Shown here piece by piece: positions 36,216 to 45,654 of a stretch of DNA of 64,000 bases. Source of the DNA: an uncultured Veillonellaceae bacterium (GTDB taxonomy: Bacteria > Bacillota > Negativicutes > UBA1444); the NCBI GenBank assembly GCA_964601085.1, contig CAZRLN010000002.1, forward strand, positions 48,207-112,206, given 5' to 3'. The first letter of the stretch is position 1, and every line of letters begins with the position of its first letter. Position numbers and translations under genes: made by a program. The notes below the pieces were generated by a model, which made no database searches, was not told the origin of the DNA, and saw only the letters and a list, made by a program, of their open reading frames with translations.

Positions 36216-37457
36216 TTACGCCTGATGGAGATAGTCGGTTTGGCAACTGGTCAATGCGTCGATTTTTATGCCCATTGCCGCCAGCTTCAGGTGGGCGACC
36301 TGCAAATCCAGTTCGTGCGGCAAATTATGAACCTCATTGGTCATGGCGTCGTGATTCTTCAAGATATGCAACGCGGCCAGCGCTTGCATTGCAAAGGAAA
36401 GATCCATGATTTCCGTCGGATGGCCGTCGCCGGCCGCCAAATTCACCAGTCGGCCTTCCGCCAGCAAATAAATTTTTCGGCCATCGGCCATTTCGAATTC
36501 TTCGATATTCTTTCGCACAGTACGGGTCGATTTGGCCAAGGCCGCCAGATCGATCTTGTTGATTTCTACGTCGAAGTGACCGGCATTCGCCATGATGGCG
36601 CCCGGCTTCATCCGTTCCAGGTGCTCCCGTCGAATGACATCGTTGCAGCCGGTAACCGTGACAAAGATGTCTCCTGTTTCCGCCGCCGCCAGCATCGGCA
36701 GGACCTGATATCCGTCAAAAACCGCTTCCGCCGCCTTGATCGGATTGATTTCGGTTACGATGACATGAGCTCCCAGACCACGGGCCCGCATCGCCACGCC
36801 TTTGCCGCACCAACCGTAACCGGCGACGACGACGGTTTTGCCGGCGATCGACAGATTCGTCGTTCGCATGATGCCATCCCATACGGACTGGCCGGTACCG
36901 TAACGATTGTCGAACAAATGTTTGCAATCGGCATCGTTCACTGAAATCATGGGGAATTTCAGGCGTCCCTGGGCCGCCAGCGCCCGCAGACGCAATACGC
37001 CGGTGGTGGTTTCTTCCGATCCACCCATCACATTGACGGCCAAGTCGGCGCGTTCGCCATGCAGCAGGGATACCAGGTCGCCGCCGTCGTCGATGATAAT
37101 TTGCGGTTTGGTGTCCAGGGCATGATGCAAAAATTGATCATATTCCGCCGCCGTAGTATTGTACCAAGCGAACACCCCGACTCCGGATTCAGCCAGCGCC
37201 GCCGCCACATCATCCTGCGTGGACAAGGGATTGCTGCCGGTGACCACTACATTGGCCCCCGCATTTTTCAATACCATGCAGAGATAGGCTGTTTTGGCTT
37301 CCAAATGGACCGTCACAACCATGTTGATGCCGGCCAGCGGCTTGGTTTTCGTAAATTCGGCGTTCAGGGAATTCAGTACCGGCATATGCTCCATAACCCA
37401 GTGAATTTTGTCCCATCCCTGCGGCGCAAGTTTAGGATCCCGGATAATTGATTTCAT
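36216..37457 (-). CDS. ahcY: adenosylhomocysteinase, short archaeal/Firmicute type (possibly S-inosylhomocysteine hydrolase)
   Basis: 413 aa; NAD-binding GYGWCGKG; full-length AhcY. Confidence 0.92.
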   Translation of the reverse strand: MKSIIRDPKLAPQGWDKIHWVMEHMPVLNSLNAEFTKTKPLAGINMVVTVHLEAKTAYLCMVLKNAGANVVVTGSNPLSTQDDVAAALAESGVGVFAWYNTTAAEYDQFLHHALDTKPQIIIDDGGDLVSLLHGERADLAVNVMGGSEETTTGVLRLRALAAQGRLKFPMISVNDADCKHLFDNRYGTGQSVWDGIMRTTNLSIAGKTVVVAGYGWCGKGVAMRARGLGAHVIVTEINPIKAAEAVFDGYQVLPMLAAAETGDIFVTVTGCNDVIRREHLERMKPGAIMANAGHFDVEINKIDLAALAKSTRTVRKNIEEFEMADGRKIYLLAEGRLVNLAAGDGHPTEIMDLSFAMQALAALHILKNHDAMTNEVHNLPHELDLQVAHLKLAAMGIKIDALTSCQTDYLHQA

Positions 37458-38518
37458 TGTTTTTCCTCCTCAGAATGTTTCGTGGCCAACTTGCCAATGG
37501 ATAGATCATAAGGCGCTTTCAGAACGCCGGCTTCAGTAATGATGGCCGTCACCAAGTCCGCCGGAGTTACATCGAACGCCGGATTGAAAGCCTGGATTCC
37601 ATACGGCGCGGTGCGGACTCCGCCAAACTGGAAGATTTCATCGTGATGACGTTCCTCGATCGGGATGCCGGACCCATCCGGCAATGAAAAATCAAACGTT
37701 GACAACGGGGCCGCGACATAAAATGGAATATCATGCGCCTGAGCCAATACGGCCAAACCATAGGTGCCGATTTTGTTGGCGACATCGCCATTGCTGGCGA
37801 TGCGGTCGGCGCCGACGATCACCGCTTGCACCCGGCCGGTTTTCATGACCCAGGCGGCCATATTGTCGGTAATCAAGGTGACGGGAATTCCCTGCCGTGA
37901 CAGTTCAAATGCAGTCAGGCGGGCGCCCTGCAACAACGGACGAGTTTCATCGGCATAGACGCCGGTCACGTTTCCGTCGAGCCAGGCCTGCTGAATGACG
38001 CCGAGCGCGGTGCCGACAGCGACGGTCGCCAGAGCTCCGGCATTGCAATGCGTCAGGATGGTCGTCGGCCGACTGAACAACGTAGCTCCATAACGGGAAA
38101 TTTTTTCGTTCATGGCCCGGTCGTCGCGAGCGATGGTTTCCGCCTCTGCTTCCAGCCGACGGAGAAGTTCGGCATCCGACACTTGCTCCCCCGCTTCCCG
38201 GCAGACGTGCATCAGGCGGCGGAGCGCCCAGGACAGGTTCACCGCCGTGGGACGGGTTGCGTTTAACTCGGCGGCGATTCCGGGCAGTTCCGTCCGTAGG
38301 GATTTTCCGGATCTCACCAGTTCGATTGCACCCAGAACCAAGCCAAACGCAGCTGCCGCGCCAATGGCGGGAGCGCCCCTCACTTCCAGCCGCCGGATGG
38401 CTTCCGCCACCCTGCGGTAGTCATGGCAATCAATATAAGATTCCATTAATGGCAGGCGGGTTTGATCCAACAGAATCAAAACTCCGTTTTCCCAACGCAA
38501 AGATGCTGTCATGGCCAT
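37454..38518 (-). CDS. mtnA: S-methyl-5-thioribose-1-phosphate isomerase (eIF-2B-like)
   Basis: LRWENGVLILLDQTRLP and AIGAAAAFG; start at M19 of the track ORF, 1 nt after the mtnP stop. Confidence 0.88.
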   Translation of the reverse strand: MAMTASLRWENGVLILLDQTRLPLMESYIDCHDYRRVAEAIRRLEVRGAPAIGAAAAFGLVLGAIELVRSGKSLRTELPGIAAELNATRPTAVNLSWALRRLMHVCREAGEQVSDAELLRRLEAEAETIARDDRAMNEKISRYGATLFSRPTTILTHCNAGALATVAVGTALGVIQQAWLDGNVTGVYADETRPLLQGARLTAFELSRQGIPVTLITDNMAAWVMKTGRVQAVIVGADRIASNGDVANKIGTYGLAVLAQAHDIPFYVAAPLSTFDFSLPDGSGIPIEERHHDEIFQFGGVRTAPYGIQAFNPAFDVTPADLVTAIITEAGVLKAPYDLSIGKLATKHSEEEKQ

Positions 38519-38519
38519 A

Positions 38520-39323
38520 TCAGAGTTTGAACCCGCCGAATTCACGCAACGCATGCGGGCAGGAACATTCATCCGTCCGGGTCGCGATAAGAATGGTCTG
38601 TTTCAGCAAAGCCCGAATGTTGGCGGCATTTTGTTTCATGGTGTCAACCACTTCGGCATGGGTCAACGGCGTTGAACTGATGCCGGCTGCAAAATTGGTA
38701 ACCATCGAAATCGTTGCATAACAAATTTCCGCTTCGCGCGCCAGCCCGGCTTCCGGAACACCGGTCATTCCCACCAGATCACCGCCCAGCATTGCATAGG
38801 CTTTGATTTCCGCCGCCGTTTCAAACCGGGGGCCCTCGGTGCAGACATAACAGCCGTTTCCATGCAGGGGCAATTCCAGAGTCGCGGCGGCGGCGGCAAT
38901 CGCTTGCCGCAGGGTCGGACAATAAGGGGAAGTCATGTCCACATGCACGACACCCCGATCGCTGCCCTCGTAAAAAGTAGGAATCCGGAGTTTGGTAAAA
39001 TCGAGAAACTGATCCGGCAATACAATATCGCCCGGTTTCATGGTCGCATTTAACGACCCGACAGCCGTAGTCGCGAGGATTTGCTGCACGCCCAGTTTTT
39101 TTAGCGCCCAAATATTCGCCCGATAATTGATCAAATGCGGTGGAATGGAATGATGGCGGCCATGTCGCGGAATAAAGGCAACCGGTCGGCCTTCCAGCAG
39201 TCCGGTCTGGCAGGATACTTCGCCATAGGGTGTATCGACAACAACGGTGGAAACCTGGTCCAGCACGGCGGGATCATAAACTCCCGTACCGCCAATGACG
39301 GCAAGCGACGGCTTGATGCTCAA
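38520..39323 (-). CDS. mtnP: S-methyl-5'-thioadenosine (or methylthioinosine) phosphorylase
   Basis: 267 aa; PNP family II motifs (AVIGGTGVY; HGRHHS). Confidence 0.9.
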   Translation of the reverse strand: MSIKPSLAVIGGTGVYDPAVLDQVSTVVVDTPYGEVSCQTGLLEGRPVAFIPRHGRHHSIPPHLINYRANIWALKKLGVQQILATTAVGSLNATMKPGDIVLPDQFLDFTKLRIPTFYEGSDRGVVHVDMTSPYCPTLRQAIAAAAATLELPLHGNGCYVCTEGPRFETAAEIKAYAMLGGDLVGMTGVPEAGLAREAEICYATISMVTNFAAGISSTPLTHAEVVDTMKQNAANIRALLKQTILIATRTDECSCPHALREFGGFKL

Positions 39324-40000
39324 CTTTGCTCCTCCTTCTGCTCCGCGAAAACGATCTTCAGCAAATCAGACATGGTTTCCAGAATATAATCGGGATTGAC
39401 TGCGATCAGTTCTTCCCAGGGAACGTGGGTCCAACGCACGGCGGCTGTTTTCACGCCGGCGCCCTTCCCGCTCAGCAAATCATGGGCACTGTCGCCGATC
39501 ATGATGCATTCTCCCGCGTCGAGACGGGTATGTTGCAGGGCCGTTAGCACCGGTTCGGGCTCGGGCTTGTGACGAACGGTTTCATCGACGCCGATGACCG
39601 TCGAGAAATACTGTTCGATGTCGAACAGCTTCAAGCCCCGCCGGGCCATGACCGAAGTTTTGGATGTGACGATCGCCAGTTTTACACCGGCGTCATGCAA
39701 AGCGCGGATGGTTTCCGGCACGCTCTCAAAAATGCCGGCCAACTGATCGTGATGAATATGATTGAAGGCACGATAGGTCGCGATCACGGCATCCTCTTCG
39801 CCAGGCGCCAATACTTCCATGGCGGCCCGCAGAGGTTTTCCCATGTAGGGCTGGATGTCCTTCAAAGTGATTGAACGCTGATAATGGGTTTGGAAAGCGT
39901 GCTGAAACGACTTGACGATGAGAGGTGTGGTGTCCAGCAATGTGCCGTCAAGATCAAAAAAAACTCCCCGAAAAAAAGGTAAACTCACGAAATGTTCCAT
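39320..40000 (-). CDS. HAD-superfamily hydrolase (phosphatase, subfamily IA)
   Basis: Start at M25 of the track ORF; motif I FFDLDGTL and motif IV GDSAHD. Confidence 0.7.
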   Translation of the reverse strand: MEHFVSLPFFRGVFFDLDGTLLDTTPLIVKSFQHAFQTHYQRSITLKDIQPYMGKPLRAAMEVLAPGEEDAVIATYRAFNHIHHDQLAGIFESVPETIRALHDAGVKLAIVTSKTSVMARRGLKLFDIEQYFSTVIGVDETVRHKPEPEPVLTALQHTRLDAGECIMIGDSAHDLLSGKGAGVKTAAVRWTHVPWEELIAVNPDYILETMSDLLKIVFAEQKEEQS

Positions 40001-40563
40001 CCTTTGTTGAAAGCTTCTTGATTGGCGGTTACAAATGCCGCCGGGCTTTTGGCCGCGATAGCATCCAACCATAACTCGCGGGTCATGGGCAAACGTTTGG
40101 CCAGCATTCCCAGCAATACGATATTGACTGCTTTGGGATTGCCGGACCGGGCGGCAATGGCGGGGGCATCGACCCTCACAGTTTGGACGCCGGCCCTGTC
40201 CAACCGGTCAAAAACATCGGCAGGGTATTTGGCGGCGCCGATGATGACGGGCATGGGCGAAATCATCTGCTCGTTCACGATGACGATGCCGTTTGGTTTT
40301 AAAAATTCTATCCACCGCAGCGCTTCCAATTGCTCGAAGGCTACAATGAGATCCGCCTCGCCTTTTTCAATCAGCGGCGATATCACCTGATCGCCGATCC
40401 GAACATAGGTCACGACGCTGCCGCCGCGTTGGGCCATACCATGGACTTCCGACTGCTTGACAGACAGGCCGCTTTTTTCGGCAACTTCGCCAATCACTTT
40501 GCCTGCGAACAGGGTCCCCTGTCCGCCAACGCCGACAATCAGAACATTAATGGTGTCCGTCAT
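39985..40563 (-). CDS. iorB: indolepyruvate:ferredoxin oxidoreductase beta subunit
   Basis: 192 aa; VLIVGVGGQGTLFAGKV N-terminus. Confidence 0.8.
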   Translation of the reverse strand: MTDTINVLIVGVGGQGTLFAGKVIGEVAEKSGLSVKQSEVHGMAQRGGSVVTYVRIGDQVISPLIEKGEADLIVAFEQLEALRWIEFLKPNGIVIVNEQMISPMPVIIGAAKYPADVFDRLDRAGVQTVRVDAPAIAARSGNPKAVNIVLLGMLAKRLPMTRELWLDAIAAKSPAAFVTANQEAFNKGWNIS

Positions 40564-42305
40564 TTTTCCCCACCTGCCTTCCGGATCGCCTGGAATTTAC
40601 AAACCTGTTGGCAGACGCCACAACCGGTGCACATTTTGCTTTCAATGCGCACCTTGCCGTCCTTCAGTTCAATCGCCGGACAGCCGATTTTCAGACAAGA
40701 GCGGCAAAGTTTGCAGGCGTCGGAGTCGATCCAATACGATTCGCGAACGGGATTGCGCAGAATCAACATGCAGGGGCGACGGGCAATAATGACTGCCGGC
40801 TCACGGGCGACCAGCGCTTCCCGTAGCGCCGAAGCGGTTTCTTCCAGGTTGTATGCGTCAACAATCCACAGTTTTTCGACGCCGCAGGCGCGCACAATTT
40901 CTTCTATACGGACTTGCGGAGCCGGTTTGCCGGAAATGTCGAAGCCGGTGGCGGGGTTTTGCTGATGACCGGTCATGCCGGTAATGCTGTTGTCCAGAAT
41001 AACGACCGTAACCAGGCCTTTGTTGTAGACCACATCGATCAGGCCGGTGATGCCCGAATGCAAAAATGTCGAATCGCCGATGGTGGCGACGATTTTCTTA
41101 TCCGGCAGGACTTTGGAAAACCCCAGGGCATTTGGAATGCTGGCGCCCATGTCGATGCAGGTGTCGCCCGCGCTGAGCGGCGGCATGTATCCCAATGAAT
41201 AACAACCGATGTCGCTGGTGATGATATCCGCCATTTTTGCGATGACGGAAAACACTCCCCGATGTGGGCACCCGGCGCATAATACCGGCGGCCGGCCCGG
41301 CACTTCCGAACAATCCACGGTTAACAAAGGCAACCGGATACCCAGCAATTTTTCGCGGATTATCGCCACGCTTAATTCGCCGATCCGGGGAAAAATCTCC
41401 TTGCCCTTTACCGGCAAGCCCAAGGCTTTGATTTGCTCTTCGAGGAATGGTTCCCCTTCTTCAATCACCAAAACCTCGCCGTGATTGGCGATGAAATCCC
41501 GGATCAATCCTTCCGGCAATGGCCAGGTCAAGCTGAGTTTCAGGTACGTGGCCCGGTCGCCGAGCGCTTCCCGGGCATACAGATAGCCGGGACCGCTGGT
41601 AATGACCGCAAATTCCTTGCCGTCGCCTTCCACGCGATTGCCGGGGAAACGATCCGCATACTTGGACAGACGCAGTACCCGGTCTTCAATGATCGGGCGT
41701 TTTGGACGTTGATTCGCCGGTACCACGAAATATTTCGCGGAGTCTTTTTTGTAGGGTTTAACCGGGATTTCCACTCGTTCCTGTAATTCCACGAGACTTT
41801 TGGAATGTGAAATCCGTGTGGTGGTCCGCAACATAACTGGAGTATCAAACAATTCGCTGATTTCCAGGGCGGCTGCGACAAAATCTTTGGCTTCCTGACT
41901 ATCGGTAGGTTCCAACAGGGCAATCTTCATAAATTTGGCGTAATAGCGGTTGTCCTGTTCATCCTGGGAACTGTGCATGCCGGGATCGTCGGCGGAAACC
42001 AGAACAAATCCGCCGCTCACTCCATTGTAGCCCGCCGTGAACAAGGGATCGGCTGCAACATTCACACCAACGTGTTTCATCGCGGCAAGGACGCGGGCGC
42101 CGGCGATCGAAGCGCCCTGCGCCACTTCCACGGCAACTTTTTCATTGGTGGACCATTGCGCATTAATTTCCGGATATCGGGCGATGTTTTCCAAAATTTC
42201 CGTGCTCGGTGTTCCGGGATAGGCGCAGGCAACCCGAACGCCTGCCTCATAGGCTCCCCGGGCGATGGCCTCATTGCCGGTCAACAATTTTTTGATAACG
42301 TCCAC
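40560..42305 (-). CDS. iorA: indolepyruvate:ferredoxin oxidoreductase alpha subunit
   Basis: KKLLTGNEAIARGAYEAG, a TPP motif, and C-terminal 2x[4Fe-4S]. Start approximated at GTG (V43 of the track ORF); uncertain by a few codons. Confidence 0.85.
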   Translation of the reverse strand: MDVIKKLLTGNEAIARGAYEAGVRVACAYPGTPSTEILENIARYPEINAQWSTNEKVAVEVAQGASIAGARVLAAMKHVGVNVAADPLFTAGYNGVSGGFVLVSADDPGMHSSQDEQDNRYYAKFMKIALLEPTDSQEAKDFVAAALEISELFDTPVMLRTTTRISHSKSLVELQERVEIPVKPYKKDSAKYFVVPANQRPKRPIIEDRVLRLSKYADRFPGNRVEGDGKEFAVITSGPGYLYAREALGDRATYLKLSLTWPLPEGLIRDFIANHGEVLVIEEGEPFLEEQIKALGLPVKGKEIFPRIGELSVAIIREKLLGIRLPLLTVDCSEVPGRPPVLCAGCPHRGVFSVIAKMADIITSDIGCYSLGYMPPLSAGDTCIDMGASIPNALGFSKVLPDKKIVATIGDSTFLHSGITGLIDVVYNKGLVTVVILDNSITGMTGHQQNPATGFDISGKPAPQVRIEEIVRACGVEKLWIVDAYNLEETASALREALVAREPAVIIARRPCMLILRNPVRESYWIDSDACKLCRSCLKIGCPAIELKDGKVRIESKMCTGCGVCQQVCKFQAIRKAGGEK

Positions 42306-42360
42306 CCTCTTTTCACGAAATCGGAATTTTAAGCCCAAATTTTTTATCTTCTCGCAAAAC

Positions 42361-43134
42361 TTAAAAAATCCTGCTAATCGACTCGTTCCATTGTTGCAGA
42401 TTTTTAAGACGTGAATAATCCGTAAGATCAAAATGAATCGGCGTCAAGGAAATTTGATTAGCTCGGATGGCAGCTACGTCAGTATCGTCGGAATTCGGCG
42501 TTTCCATGGGTGTTCCCGCCATCCAGTAATAGATCCGTCCACGCGGATCAACCCGTTTTTCGAAAGCATTTTCATATTCTATGCTTCCCAGCCGGGTGAT
42601 CGATACGCCACGGATTTCTGTCGTCGGAACGGGTGGTACGTTAATGTTGATCAGGCTAAAAGCAGGAAATGTCTTGTCGATGATTTGCTGCACAACACTA
42701 CGACAAAAGGCGGCCGCCGGAGCGAAATCCGGCTCACCATCTGTGGCCAGGGAAACAGCGATGGCCGGAATCCCGTGCATCGCCCCTTCCACGGCCGCAC
42801 TGACCGTGCCGGAATACAAGACATCGGTTGCCAGATTCGGACCGTGATTGATTCCGGAGATCACCAAATCAGGCTTCTCCGTCATTAACGTGTCCAGGGC
42901 AATTTTGACGCTGTCGGCCGGAGTGCCGCCAATGCGCCAACCGGTGATGCGGGAATCCTCAAATGATTGTTTATTGACCCAGATGGGATGGTAGACTGTG
43001 ATGGAATGACCGGTGGCGCTTTGTTGCTGGCTTGGCGCGGCTACTATAATTTCAGCGATTGATTTTAGTTGCTCCCAAAGCGCCTGGATTCCCGGCGCCC
43101 GGATCCCGTCGTCGTTTGTTAGTAATATGTGCAA
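42361..43134 (-). CDS. surE: 5'/3'-nucleotidase SurE
   Basis: MHILLTNDDGIRAPGI N-terminus. Confidence 0.9.
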   Translation of the reverse strand: MHILLTNDDGIRAPGIQALWEQLKSIAEIIVAAPSQQQSATGHSITVYHPIWVNKQSFEDSRITGWRIGGTPADSVKIALDTLMTEKPDLVISGINHGPNLATDVLYSGTVSAAVEGAMHGIPAIAVSLATDGEPDFAPAAAFCRSVVQQIIDKTFPAFSLININVPPVPTTEIRGVSITRLGSIEYENAFEKRVDPRGRIYYWMAGTPMETPNSDDTDVAAIRANQISLTPIHFDLTDYSRLKNLQQWNESISRIF

Positions 43135-43164
43135 TTTTTGTCCCTGCCTTTTTGCTTGTAGTAT

Positions 43165-43923
43165 TTAAAGCTGTCCCATCAGTTTATGGGTCTGCGGAAT
43201 CACCCGTACGTTTTGGAGGCTCGCCAAGGCCAGCTCCTGCCACCGCAAGACTTGCTCCGGAACTACCGGCGTGACGCCGTGGACCGGTGTGACGGGCTGG
43301 AGAATCAGGGGAATTGCGGGATTAATATCACAAATCAAAGCAATGGCTCTTTCTAGTTCGCTCGGAGATGTCCGCCCGCTCAGCACGATTTTTACAAAGA
43401 CTTCGCGTTGGCAGGCCACTTTTAAAAATTCAGCGTGTTCTTGCCAATACTCTTGTTGTTCCGGCAATTCGCTGGGGAGTTTAAAATCCATGGAAACAAT
43501 ATCGATATGTTGAATCACTTGCGCCAATATCGTCGGCAAAGTTCCGTTCGTTTCCAGATATAGCCTTACACCTTTGTCCCGCAACGGCGATAATGCAACA
43601 ACCGCCTGGGGCTGCAGCAAGGGTTCACCGCCAGTCAGACTGATGGAATGATGCGGGGTGCGGCAGAGATTGGCGACGGCAGCGAACAGTTCGGAGGCTG
43701 CGACTGGATTCGTAATGGATCCGAACATCCTGCTTCCCGCCTCCGTCTCGACGCGTGCCGCCGCCGGAACGGCGAAAGAGTCCCGGGTATCGCAATACCG
43801 GCAGAAAAGATTGCAGCCGGCCAAGCGAACGAACACTTGCCGGCAGCCTACAAATAGCCCTTCTCCCTGAATCGATGAAAAGATTTCTACTAAGTTCATG
43901 GGTGAGACAACATTTTCCTGCAT
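43165..43923 (-). CDS. queE: 7-carboxy-7-deazaguanine synthase QueE (radical SAM)
   Basis: CNLFCRYCDT cluster; start at M4 of the track ORF (SD GGAGG). Confidence 0.85.
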   Translation of the reverse strand: MQENVVSPMNLVEIFSSIQGEGLFVGCRQVFVRLAGCNLFCRYCDTRDSFAVPAAARVETEAGSRMFGSITNPVAASELFAAVANLCRTPHHSISLTGGEPLLQPQAVVALSPLRDKGVRLYLETNGTLPTILAQVIQHIDIVSMDFKLPSELPEQQEYWQEHAEFLKVACQREVFVKIVLSGRTSPSELERAIALICDINPAIPLILQPVTPVHGVTPVVPEQVLRWQELALASLQNVRVIPQTHKLMGQL

Positions 43924-43928
43924 GGGAA

Positions 43929-44306
43929 TCACGCCTCCGGAATGTAAGAAGCACAGGAACGAGGGGATTCCCAGACTCTTACGGCAAAGACCCTTACCCG
44001 GTCCGAGAAGGCCGGGTTGTTGGCAAGAGTATCATACACATATTTAGCGATATGTTCGGCAGTTGGCGGCAGCGATGAAAACACCGGCGTCTCGTTCAGG
44101 TAATAATGATCCAATGTTGCCAGGACCTCCGCCACATGGGATTTCAGAACCTTGAAATCCATTAACAGGCCCGAGGAATCCAGCGTCGATCCCCGTACGG
44201 ACACTTCCACCTTCCAGTTGTGGCCGTGCAGACGGCAGCATTTTCCTTCGTAATCGGGCAAACGATGTGCCGCTTCAAACTCTTCAATAATGGTCAGTTC
44301 AAACAT
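43929..44306 (-). CDS. queD: 6-carboxy-5,6,7,8-tetrahydropterin synthase QueD
   Basis: CxxxHGH motif (CCRLHGHNW); start at M16 of the track ORF (SD GGAGA). Confidence 0.85.
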   Translation of the reverse strand: MFELTIIEEFEAAHRLPDYEGKCCRLHGHNWKVEVSVRGSTLDSSGLLMDFKVLKSHVAEVLATLDHYYLNETPVFSSLPPTAEHIAKYVYDTLANNPAFSDRVRVFAVRVWESPRSCASYIPEA

Positions 44307-44351
44307 CTGATTTCTCCATTCGCAATGAAATGCAAAAAGTGAGCCATGCAC

Positions 44352-45629
44352 TCACCTTTCATTTGCCGCCTGTTTGGTTAGCATATTTTCTTTTGGAAAT
44401 GTTCCCAGAACTTCCTGGTAACTCAGGCTCCGCGAGTGCGGCGTATGGCTCCAGTTCTTATCATGCCGCTGTTGGTAACCAATGAAGGTAACCGGCACCC
44501 AACTGTAAATAAATACCGGATAAAGCAGCATGTAGAACCAGGATTTCAGCGGCGCCCGGATTTTTGTGAGCACAATGAGCGGGAAAATATATTGGCCGAC
44601 GGCGACTACCGCCCACACTTCTCCGGGAAGAATCGTGTAGAGAATGTTGGTGTAAAACGGAACGTGTTGATGAATCATACTCAAAAGAACAAAAAAGGTT
44701 GACAGAATAAGAAAATGCGGCTGAAACAAATGCAGGATTCCATCCAACAGACGGATATCCCGGCGCCGGATTCCTTCCGCAAACAAACGCGGAATAAATC
44801 GGGCGGCAACGTCAAAATGACCCTGCGCCCAGCGTTTGCGCTGATTCCAGGATTGCATGAAGGTCAGCGGTTTTTCATCGTAGACGACCGCATCGTGCGC
44901 CCACGAAGTCGGAATCCCTTCCAACAAACATTTCATCGTAAATTCCAGATCTTCGGTCAGACAGGTCGCTCCCCAACCATGCCGTTTCAGCAGCTCGGTG
45001 GAAATCACCATGCCGGTACCGCCCAGGCAACTACTCAAGCCGATGTTGTACTTTGCGAGATGCCAGATATGATCAACCACCCAGAAGCAAATGGCGAAGG
45101 TTCCGGCAACCCAAGTGTCGGTGGGGTTTTTGGCGTCAAGATAGCCCTGAATAACCAACTCACCGTTCAGAAGATGATGGTTCATTACCCGCAGAAATTG
45201 CGGATCCACCAGATTATCGGCGTCAAAGACCGCAATGGCGTCATACTGACGATCCAACGCAAATAATCGGGCGAATCCCCATTCCATGGCGAAACCTTTG
45301 CCGCGATTTTCGGAATCGAACCGTTCCATTACAATCGCGCCGGTGTTTCGGGCGACGATTGCGGTTTTGTCCGTGCAGTTGTCGGCAATGACATACACAT
45401 CGAACAATTGTCGGGGGTAATCCATGATCTTGAAATTTTCAACCAACTGGCCAATGACAGATTCTTCATTATGGGCGGCGACCAGCACCGCGAATCTTTT
45501 TTGAGGGGCGGCCGTGATCTTTTTTGGCGAACGGAACAAACCGAAAAATGCCAATACAAAATAGTATAGCGTAAAGAACACTACGATCAATTGTACGGGA
45601 ATCATGATGAGATCCAAAGGAAAATTCAT
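44352..45629 (-). CDS. family 2 processive glycosyltransferase (multi-TM; DxD and Q-x-x-R-W motifs)
   Basis: 425 aa; VFDADN; QRKRWAQG; N- and C-terminal TM helices. Confidence 0.8.
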   Translation of the reverse strand: MNFPLDLIMIPVQLIVVFFTLYYFVLAFFGLFRSPKKITAAPQKRFAVLVAAHNEESVIGQLVENFKIMDYPRQLFDVYVIADNCTDKTAIVARNTGAIVMERFDSENRGKGFAMEWGFARLFALDRQYDAIAVFDADNLVDPQFLRVMNHHLLNGELVIQGYLDAKNPTDTWVAGTFAICFWVVDHIWHLAKYNIGLSSCLGGTGMVISTELLKRHGWGATCLTEDLEFTMKCLLEGIPTSWAHDAVVYDEKPLTFMQSWNQRKRWAQGHFDVAARFIPRLFAEGIRRRDIRLLDGILHLFQPHFLILSTFFVLLSMIHQHVPFYTNILYTILPGEVWAVVAVGQYIFPLIVLTKIRAPLKSWFYMLLYPVFIYSWVPVTFIGYQQRHDKNWSHTPHSRSLSYQEVLGTFPKENMLTKQAANER

Positions 45630-45654
45630 TTAGGATGTCCTTTCTAATACCTAC

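Noticed and set aside
43929-44351. preQ1 riboswitch upstream of queD
   Set aside because: Only 45 nt of intergenic DNA with no preQ1-I/II consensus. queDE appear to be read through from the GT2 gene.
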